Origin: Octopus sinensis
Lineage: Eukaryota
NCBI RefSeq assembly: GCF_006345805.1
Contig: NW_021835307.1
Coordinates: 1-39,111, forward strand
Direction of reading: 5' to 3'
Length of the DNA: 39,111 nt
The position numbers and the translations under genes were made by a program. The notes beneath the pieces were generated by a model. It was not told the DNA's origin. It saw nothing but the letters and a program-made list of their open reading frames with translations, and ran no database searches. Numbering within the stretch: the first letter of the stretch is position 1; every line of letters starts with the position of its first letter. Shown piece after piece: positions 30,310 through 39,111 of the stretch.

Positions 30310-31080
30310 GTGTGTGTGTGTGTGTGTATTTCTTCTATGCACGGCCATAACGCTGGATCAGTCTGTACCAAATTGACCATGAAAAATTTTTCCATTACTC
30401 GGGAAACGTTCGGTGACGGTGGTTTACTAAATTTTAAACTTTTTTCAAAAACATAAATATGATTCACAAACGTCGGTTTTGTTTTTTTCGCTTTAAAGGC
30501 AAATGATTCTGATAGAAGCAAACACGATATTGAATAATTCTCCGTCATACGGCTACGACCGCATCTCTTTCTTTTTTTTAATTAAAGATAAACACTTTTA
30601 ATTGTGATAAAGAAAGAAGGGGTTTAGTCCTCACCGCCAAAATTTATTTCTCTTCGGAAATATAAGGGTGACGATGTCTTCATTCCACGGATCTCACCTC
30701 ACCTCCCCTGTGAATTTAAACTGCTCCAGTTCGAAAGTTTTGCTATGTCCATAAACAAATCTCAAGCACAATCTCTCAACGTTGTTGGACTTAATCTTGC
30801 TTCTCTGATGGGCAATTATATGTTGGATGTTCGGGAGTTGGAAGTCCCAGAACTCTTTTTCTTTGTACACCAATTAAAGGACACACTGAAAACATTGTCT
30901 ATTTAGAAGTTCTACATAATTAAACTGTGATTGATTTCAGGATTTGCTTTAATAACCCTTTGTTTATACCCACGTCAACTGACAGACTTTTTCTGAAAAT
31001 ATGTTTTTTTATCAGTATGAATATATTTATTTCCTTTAACATTCCTTTAACTTCCGAGCAACGCCGGATACTTTTATAAT
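30310..31080 (+). mobile_element. Helitron remnant with Pif1-type helicase C-terminus (30667-30923)
   Basis: GDDVFIPRI...FAMSINKSQAQSL..VGLNL...GQLYVGCS...TENIVYLEVL-stop, the Helitron helicase motifs. GC-rich gagcaacgccgg near 31060. Confidence 0.85.
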
Positions 31081-31402
31081 GATAAAAGATAAAATTGTTA
31101 AAAACTTTATCAGCGGCCAGCATATAAAAATAGACCAATTAAGGTAAAATCAACATATAATTATAATCAAGTCAGAGAAAAATCTTTCCTATATACCGAA
31201 AAGAGACGTTAAATCGTCTAACCCCTTTAAATCATCATTTCAACACGTGTGTAATCTTGTGATGAATTAAATTGGTCAGACGGTTAGGTTTGTATATATG
31301 TATGTATCTGTGAACTACGTATGTACACTTTGTTATTATGGATTTGATACAATTGATTGATGTTCTTGTTTCAGGTGAATTTGCAAATACAAACGAGTTG
31401 CA

Positions 31403-31510
31403 ATGTCTCATCTTCTTGGTGTAGGGGATGTGGTAACAATAAGTGTTGATGAGAAAACATTGAAGAAAAACCAAGAAGATCATGGAGGCTGGGATTTCCG
31501 TTTGTCAAGT
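31403..31510 (+). CDS. Mib-repeat gene coding exon 1 (MSHLLGVGDV...HGGWDFRLSS)
   Basis: Exon starts at acceptor ttcttgtttcag|31375. An in-frame TGA lies upstream of the ATG within the same exon. Donor agt|gtaagt at 31511. Confidence 0.9.
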
Positions 31511-31562
31511 GTAAGTGCTCTCTTCTCACTTGCTTTATTATTATCATTATTATTATTATTAA

Positions 31563-31618
<56 letters not shown>

Positions 31619-33438
31619 ACTAGCGGATCCCGTGCCGTCAAAAATGACGGCTTTTTGTAGTATTCTATATATAAATAAGGTACAAAATCAAGTTTTTAGT
31701 CTTATAAATCTTTTATTACCAAATTTTTGCGTAAAATCTAACTCTGTTTAGTTTATGAAGAGTTACTGAAAGAACTCTGGGTAAAATTTCTTAATATAAA
31801 TATATTAAGACATATGTAAACAAACAAATTTATTTTCGAAGCGTTTAAATGAATTATAGAATAAGTAGACAGATACATTTTATTCAACGCATAGATACTA
31901 ATGTTTGTGTAGGTGTGTGTGATTGTAATAATCGTTTTTAACCAAACAGATAAAAAGTTTTATTCAACGCATAGGTACTAAACCGGTCAGGCGGTTTAGC
32001 TTAAATGGTAAAGCATTCCCACCGGATAATAGAAGGATGTGAGATCGATCCTCATGGCTGGCGACCGACAAACTTTCTGCTTTTAAAAAGAGAAAATGGA
32101 TTTTATCCTATATATATATAGGACAAAATCCTAATTTTTTTTCTTTGATGATTGTTTTTCCAGGATGATTCTATAACTGCAGAAGAATTTGGCGGTCAGG
32201 TAGTTTAGCTTAAATGGTAAAGTATTCCAATCGGATATTAGAGGGAAATTTTTCTGCTTTAAAAAGAAAATTTTCTGCTTTAAAAAGAAAAAAAAAGATT
32301 TTATCCTTTATACATATACTGTTCAGTATCTATGCGTTGAATGAAATTTATCTGTCTACTTGTTCTACAAATTAAGACATGCATAAACTGTTAGATGAAG
32401 ATGTGTATTTATAATGTACCTTTCAACAACAGTTGTTTTATATTCATGATACACTCAGTCAATAATTATTATCCCTAATGAGTTTGTATATTGATATGTT
32501 TGTGTAGGTGTGTCTGATTGTAATAACCGTTTTTAACGAAACAGATAAAAAGAATATGGATGGTAAATCAAATTAATACTTTTGTCAATGCTATCTCGTG
32601 GTCGTCTTGAGATGTGACATCGATCATCGTTTGTTACTGAAAGAACACTGGTTCACACGTACAAACATTCACATAGTTCACTTGTACACGCACACGCATA
32701 CACACATATACTCGCACAGAGTTGAAATGCTGTTTGAATTTTCTTTTTCACCCCATCCTTTCTTATTCCCCTATCATCTTCCTTTCTCATTCATGTATTG
32801 AGACGGAGAAAGACACAAGAGTATTAGTATTATTATATCACCATCCCACTTCCATTGCACACACACACACATACACACACAAACATTCACATACCTCCCT
32901 TTTCCCTTTTCACATACACACATATTTTCACACAGAGTTGAAACGCTGTTTGATTTTTTCGCCCCTCCCTTCCTTATCTATCACACCTTCCTTTCTCATT
33001 CATACGTTGTGACGGTGAAATTCACAGAGAGTATTATCATAGTAGATTATTTTGCTTAATGATCATTGAAAACTATAATACTGACCTAGGTGTAAATGTG
33101 ATCGTGTTTAACAGAAGTTCGCTTCAAGATTCTGTTTATTTCGGGTCCATTCATTTTGATCACGCTGATCACATGTGCGTTTGTATGTATGTATGTGCGT
33201 TTGTATATATGTATGTGTGTATGTATATATATGTGTGTGTATGTATGTATGTGTGTGTATTTATATATTTATGTATGAATGTTAAATGATTTTTTTCTAA
33301 ATCCAGCTTATAGGTGATGTTGGTGAAGTTACGGGAATCGATTATAGAAGAGATGCAAGTGTGAAATTCAAGAAATACAATGACGTATTTACCATTAATT
33401 CAGCGAGTCTCTTAGTTTACAATCCTGAACAGAAATGA
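31403..33438 (+). CDS. Two-exon CDS, 79-aa stand-alone Mind bomb SH3-like (REP) repeat protein
   Basis: Exons 31403-31510 and 33307-33438 give MSHLLGVGDVVTISVDEKTLKKNQEDHGGWDFRLSSLIGDVGEVTGIDYRRDASVKFKKYNDVFTINSASLLVYNPEQK*. This matches the Mib repeat pattern VGD-V-(x)-D---L---Q--HGGW ... IG--G-V--I----D--V-F ... FT-N---L. Phase-0 intron with canonical sites. Confidence 0.85.
31620..32560 (-). mobile_element. Non-autonomous Helitron-like element (3' terminus at 31620) carrying tRNA-like units
   Basis: Minus-strand 3' end CTAG|T with hairpin gccgtca-aaaa-tgacggc (31634-31651) 10 nt inside. The 5' boundary is uncertain. Confidence 0.6.
31990..32064 (+). pseudogene. Degenerate tRNA-like sequence (second partial copy 32193-32245)
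   Basis: A-box-like tagcttaaatggtaaagc and T-arm gtgag-atcgatc-ctcat are present. Acceptor and anticodon stems do not pair. Confidence 0.5.
33307..33438 (+). CDS. Mib-repeat gene coding exon 2 (LIGDVGEV...NPEQK-stop)
   Basis: Acceptor ttttctaaatccag|. TGA at 33436-33438 followed by g|gtgagt donor. Confidence 0.88.
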   Translation, partial: LIGDVGEVTGIDYRRDASVKFKKYNDVFTINSASLLVYNPEQK

Positions 33439-33599
33439 GGTGAGTTATTACTTCTGTTGCTCATTACCACTTAAATATTTAAAGAAACAAGTGTATTCTG
33501 CTGAACATATACTAACATATTTACGATAAGTCACTTCTCATTGAGATGCTGACAAACTCATTTCTATTCCAATGAATTACAAAGTGCATTCCAGACGTT

Positions 33600-34300
33600 T
33601 TGAGTCTTTTTCCAAAGAGGTACAAAACCCTAATCTCTTTCAGAGTAGGTCCCTCTGTCTTCAGTACACTTTTTACGACACTCCATTCGTTTAGTGATGG
33701 ACCCATAGTAGTCCTCGAAAGTGAAGCTGTCCAGGACACTTCTCACAACCCGCTTCATCTTCACTTTGAACTTGGCGAACAAGCAAAATCCGCAGGGAGC
33801 AAGGCCTAGACTTTAGGATGGCTGAGGGATAGTTTTGGTGCGAATCTCTGTCAAGTAATTAGGGTCGTGAACGGAATATCGACTGATGAACCCCACTGCG
33901 GCAGGCGTTCTGGCCTTTTGTGACGAAATATATTCCTGAACTCACTCAAAATCTCTAAATATTTTCTTTGGTGGCCCTCTACCCAAAGGGAACCCAGCGG
34001 ATATCGGTGATGCCTTTGCAGTGAAGAAAGGGTGGGTATCACCAGAATCACCCTAGTGGATTTGCTGTTCCTGATATCTGGTCTTATCGCAAAGCAGATT
34101 CTTGGCTCACTCAAGTTAATCCATAAACAGCCTGCAACATTTCGTAAGTGCCTGTGGAGTTTCGCGCCGGCTGTAACACAAATCTTCATTGCACAGCAGC
34201 TTTCCAATTTGTCGTCACGTCCCGATTGCCTTCTGCAAATCAGTCAGCTGTGACAAGCAATGTACATTACGGTGTTTTCAAAGTGTTGTTACAGCCGTCT
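33600..34300 (-). mobile_element. mariner transposase remnant
   Basis: RFVLQPA..TGTYEMLQAVYG at the N-terminus. LAPCGFCLFAKFK (SPDLAPCDF-like) ...RMECRKKC...GTYSE at the C-terminus. Many stops. Confidence 0.75.
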
Positions 34301-34489
34301 CTTTAAATCGGGAATAAATAGTTGGCAGGTCAGCTTATTAGAAATATAATAATGATATACTACAGTTACAAGGTCATGGAGCTCGCAAAGCGTGCAAGCC
34401 CCGTCGTCCGAGCGCCATGAGGGCGGGCCGCCTCTCTCTAAAATGACTCAAAGCATGAAGAACGCACTTCGTATATGATAATCAAGTAA

Positions 34490-35090
34490 GGCGGCGAGTT
34501 GGCAGAAACGTTAGCACGCCGGGCGAAATTCTTAGCGGTATTTCGTCTGCCGCTAAGTTCTGAGTTCAAATTCCGCCGAGGTCGACTTTGCCTTTCATGC
34601 TTTCGGGGTCGATTAAATAAGTACCAGTTACGCATTGGGTTGATGTAATCGACTTAATCCGTTTGTCTGTCCTTGTTTGTCCTCTTTCTGTGTTTAGCCC
34701 CTTATGGGTAGTAAAGAAATAGGTATTTCATCTGCCGTTACGTTCTGAGTTCAAATTCCGCCGAGGTTGACTTTGCCTTTCATGCTTTCGGGGTCGATTA
34801 AATAAGTACCAGCTACGCATTGGGGTCTATGTAATCGACTTAATCCGTTTGTCTGTCCTTGTTTGTCCCCTCTGTGTTTAGCCCCTTGAGGGTAGTAAAG
34901 AAATAAATATTTCATCTGCCGTTACGTTCTGAGTTCAAATTCCGCCGAGGTTGACTTTGCCTTTCTTCCTTTCGGGATCGATAAATTAAGTACCAGTTAC
35001 GCACTGGGGTCGATATAATCGACTTAGTCCCTTTGTCTGTCTTTGTTTGTCCCTTCTATCTTTAGCCCCTTGTGGGCAATATAGAAATAA
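34490..35090 (+). mobile_element. SINE family B, one head plus three tandem ~185-bp body units
   Basis: ggcggcgagttggcagaaacgttagc head. Body units restart at about 34722 and 34905 and each ends aaagaaata. Confidence 0.9.
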
Positions 35091-35301
35091 GTATATGTTA
35101 AACAATTTATCACATTTATTTGCATAAATACAGCGAAAGGCAAATGTGGATTAATGTTCAGATGGCGGTGCGCCAGCATGGCCACAGCTTGTGAACTGAA
35201 ACTAGATAAAATAAAAATAAAATGAAATAAATCTACTATACTGTATTTATGGGATAAATGATTTATCACATGTAAAGACAGGGCAGTCACAGATATTGTG
35301 G

Positions 35302-35700
35302 TTTACTCTTTTACTCTTTTACTTGATTCAGTCATTTGAATGCGGCCATGCTGGAGCGCCGCCTTTAATCGAGCAAATCGACCCCGGGACTTATTCTTTG
35401 TAATCCCAGTACTTATTCTATCAGTCTCTTTTGCCGAACCGCTAAGTGACGGGGACGTAAACACACCAGCATCGGTTGTCAAGCAATGCTATGGGGACAA
35501 ACAGACACACAAACACACGCACACGCATGTATATATACATATATACGACGGGCTTCTTTCAGTTTCCGTCTGCCAAATCCACTCACAAGGCATTGGTCGG
35601 CCTGGGGCTATAGCAGAAGACACTTACACAAGGTGCCACGCAGTGGGACTGAACCCGGAATCATGTGGTTGGTAAGCAAGCTAATTACCACACAGCCACC
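35302..35700 (-). mobile_element. SINE family A
   Basis: Full-length reverse copy. Further fragments at about 260-370, 1572-1698, 10595-10720, 12110-12350, 12850-12955 and 35140-35210. Confidence 0.85.
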
Positions 35701-35981
35701 CCTTTGTTTATATTTTGTAATATTTTGTTGTGTCTCTGTCCATTCTCACTTCAAATATTGCCACAATTAACTTAGACTTACATCTTTCTTAAAACTCGGT
35801 CTCTTTCAAAGCTCCTTATCCTTTACAAACGACCCTCATTAAACAGACTTTCTACTCCACACCTTCTCTATCAGATCATTTGAACCTTCCTTTAAATCTA
35901 TATCTTATAGAACACACACACACACACTCCGATTCTGTCTGTCTGTCTATTTTCTCTCTATTTATATCTCTCTGTCTCTGT

Positions 35982-36015
<34 letters not shown>

Positions 36016-37346
36016 TTATCTATCTATCTCTTTCTCCCTCTCCCTTTCTCTCTCTCTCTCTCTCTCTCAAGTGTACATCGCTTTTTCTCATGAATCTCAT
36101 TTTCTTCACTTAAAAACACACACACTCCCTCTCTCTCTCTCTTTCTCCTCTCTTCAGATCCTTTATCTCTCTTGTGTCTCCCTCTCTCATATTTATATTA
36201 CTCTTTTTCTTTTTCAGATTACTCAGAGTTAGAAACGGAAGACATCCATCTAATATGATTAATTCAGCTGCTTTTTCTATCTGCCTCTCTGACTCCTCTC
36301 TTTCTCTGAAGTCTGGACCATATTCCTTTTACTGAGAATACAGATGTAATCTATTTCTTTCTTTCATTTTCTTTTTCTTCGACTTCTACTTCTCCTCCTC
36401 CTCCCCCTCCTCCTCCCCTTCTCTCCCTCCCCCTCCTTTCTCCCTTCTCCTCCACTCATCCCATAATGATGACGCTGACACAGAAGCTTTCTTCAATCAC
36501 CACCTCTCAGCATCAATTACTTCTGGGTCAGAAAATTCTCGAACTCAACAACTGCAAACACCCACAACAAACCTCTTGTCTAAGAGCCACTGCGAAGGAA
36601 ATACTGCTTCGACATCTCGGACAATGTTCAGGCTGCACATGCTAACCTCCAAGACCAGCTCCAAGAAAGCTACTGGCGTCATTCAGATGAAGTCGTTTTC
36701 TCTCTGACACAGAAGCATCCTTTCACTTCTCTCCCTCTCTTTCCTTTTCTACTTCTACAACTATTGGCTGTATTCATTACGTCCAGACTCACACTTCTCT
36801 CTTCCTCTTCGCCCGTATTTTGTTTCTTCTTCTGCCTTACTTAAATCTTATAATTCGACAGTTAAATCTGCAGTAAATTGTAATTGTCAACGTTTCAACT
36901 TCAATAAATATCTTTATAACTATACTTCAGTATTGTGTTCTTTGTATTCGCTGTTATTTTTAATTTAGTACGATGAATTCATTATCAATGCTTTCCTTAC
37001 AGTAAAGCTCTCTAAATAACTTTTCACGTATCAGCAGAAATATGAAACACATTGGCAACACAAAATCAAAAACCACCACACTCACTTTCACTGTAAATGT
37101 ATCTCTACAATCTACAACACATGCTCAGAGCAGGCCCTTTCATTCGGATCATATTCGCCAACTTGATGTGCTTTACAGAAAGTTTGCTTGGAGACAGGAC
37201 TTCTCTCTTCGCCTTAATTCTTTTATTCCTCACAAAAACCTCCTTCGGTAAATCTACTCAACAAATAAAAGCTTCGACTCCTTCCGGGCCAGAAGAAGGG
37301 AGGTGGCGTGTCGATATTCTTTTTATCATGCCACTCTGTGGCTTAC

Positions 37347-37508
37347 TCGTTTGTTGAGATCCGTGTTTGAAGAGTGATCTACCCGTTGAACAATGAAGAA
37401 ACATGTGATCAAACATCCTCTGGAAATTGTCATCCTCACATACAGAAAGCTCTAAACCAGATCTTCTCAAATAAGATGGTATTGACCCTTGAAAAGTAAT
37501 GAAATCTT
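37347..37508 (-). CDS. Candidate symmetric exon of an unidentified minus-strand gene or pseudogene (EDFITFQGSIPSYLRRSGLEL...GSQQT)
   Basis: 162 nt, phase 1-1, only this frame is open. Pyrimidine-rich acceptor (ccctttctttaaattacccattag|) and donor cga|gtaagc. No family recognised. Confidence 0.3.
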
Positions 37509-38014
37509 CTAATGGGTAATTTAAAGAAAGGGCGATAAATGTATTAGTACAGTTTCTTTTCATCTTTCTTTTCATTTAAATATTTCCTTAAAAAACAAAT
37601 GAAATTTTATAAACTGCTTCTTACGGGCAATCACAGCAACAACGACAACATCAACAATAACAACAAAAGGAATTAAGTTAACAAACAAAAACCAAATACA
37701 TCCCAGCATTCGATTTTAGCCGGGTGGTGCTGGGGTAAGTAGACGTTTGTATTAAACTAGTACACCGAACTAAAATACTCTGATCTGATGTTACTTGTAT
37801 TTACGTTAAAGACGAAGGTGACGGAGAGATACATTGAATTGTAGCAAAAGGCGGGGTTGTAAAAGTGTTTGAAAAACGAAAAGTTAATAGTGGAAATACT
37901 TGGAGAAGCAATGTTCGACATCAAGCGTCCTCTCAGGAACACTCTAGGTGCGATAAGAAATATGAAGTGGATGCTTTGTTTAAGATTGGCGCAGATTGAC
38001 CAGCAGAAATGCTC

Positions 38015-38600
38015 CGAGTCTTACAGAAGGAATATAAGAGACGCCACGACAATATAGCCAGGCTTGTCCATTGGACACTCTGCAACAAGTATGGAGTTGA
38101 CAGAGCAAAAAATTAGTACGATCACAAACCCGAATGCATCGTCGAAAATAAAAACACAAAGATCCTATGGCATTTTATGATTGAGTGCGACCATGAGATA
38201 GAGAATAGGAAGCAAGATATAGTCTTAACTGAGAAAGAAAACAAACTATGCTGGATCATAGACATAGCATGCCCAGCTGACAACAAGGTATGCGATAAGG
38301 AAGAAAGAAAAGTCGAGAGATGCGACAGGTTAGCTTGGGAAGTTAAGCAGTTGTGGTTGCTGAAAAAGGTGGTAGTAGTACCAATAATTGTCGGAGCCCT
38401 GGGAACAGTGAGCAAAAATCTCGAGAAGTATGTGGAACAAATAGGGGCTGCAGGAAGAGTGGAGCACTTGCAGGAACAGCACGGCTTGGAACTGCCCGAA
38501 CACACCGGAAGGTGCTCGGAAAATAAGAGGTGGTACCTTAGTTCACTGGTAGTGGAAAGCTGACGCCGTACTACATGGAAATACAATAAATAATAATGAT
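38015..38600 (+). mobile_element. R4/Dong-like non-LTR retrotransposon 3' fragment (restriction-like endonuclease)
   Basis: EYKRRHDNIARLVHW...ILW...RKQDIVL...IIDIACP...VVPIIVGALG...RKVLG-stop, then a short 3' UTR and a (TAA)n-rich tail. Confidence 0.9.
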
Positions 38601-38665
38601 AATAATTGTGTTGTAACTCCTCCTTCGATATTGTCCTCCCTTGTGACCGACGAAAGAAATTACTA

Positions 38666-38719
<54 letters not shown>

Positions 38720-38724
<5 letters not shown>

Positions 38725-39111
38725 GAGTGAGAGAGCAGTTCATGCCATCAAAGTGACACTGGGGTAAAATATACGAAGCCCAGTATACCCATCATGACTA
38801 CCCGTCTGATAAAGGTACACCAGGCACATGCATCACAACCATATGTGCGCGACATGGTGATCTCATATCAAGATAAACAGCACATGACCTTGCAGGTGGG
38901 GCCCAGTTAGAATTTTCTTCAGATTGAGTAACCCATCCCGCTCAAACGGTCCCTGAATAAGGGTTGTTTAAGGATGTTGAAAGAACCACCCATGTTTCCA
39001 GAGGTGAACTATTCAAAACCCAAAGAATCCCTCTCAACACATGGCTATGATGCTCCCCCACTACTTCTGCTCATGATCAGAGATGCACATATCGTCAACC
39101 ACTAAGGGACA
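38720..39111. mobile_element. High-copy interspersed repeat, unclassified, truncated by the window edge
   Basis: Begins at a (TTA)n tract. Recalled as a very common octopus repeat; class not determinable here. Confidence 0.45.

Noticed and set aside
31990-32064. Functional tRNA gene
   Set aside because: Acceptor and anticodon stems do not pair; kept only as a tRNA-like remnant. SINE heads were likewise not called tRNAs.
38177-38563. 128-aa ORF as a host nuclease gene
   Set aside because: It is the restriction-like endonuclease of a 5'-truncated R4/Dong-like retrotransposon with an upstream stop and a frameshift.

Overview
AT-rich eukaryotic genomic DNA, dense in microsatellites and transposon debris. 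The SINE, MITE and Penelope families look like those of octopus; this is recognition from memory, not a database search. Almost all ORFs in the supplied track are artefacts of (TA)n/(CA)n repeats or TE fragments. Reading splice sites and exon phases by hand gives two divergently oriented spliced genes. (1) Minus strand, 19444->2077: 10 coding exons and about 457 aa. It has a signal peptide followed by four ~105-110 aa modules, each encoded by a phase 1-0 plus phase 0-1 exon pair. The modules resemble divergent PLAT/LH2 beta-sandwich domains. There are 9 N-glycosylation sequons and no catalytic or transmembrane segment. (2) Plus strand, 31403->33438: two coding exons giving a 79-aa protein that is a single Mind bomb SH3-like (REP) repeat, with the stop codon 1 nt before a splice donor. 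The rest comprises tRNA-derived SINEs of two families, Penelope-like RT and GIY-YIG fragments, RTE and R4/Dong-like LINE fragments, Tc1/mariner, hAT and Helitron remnants, and MITEs. Several long intronic fold-backs are also present. No rRNA, functional tRNA or CRISPR array is supported.
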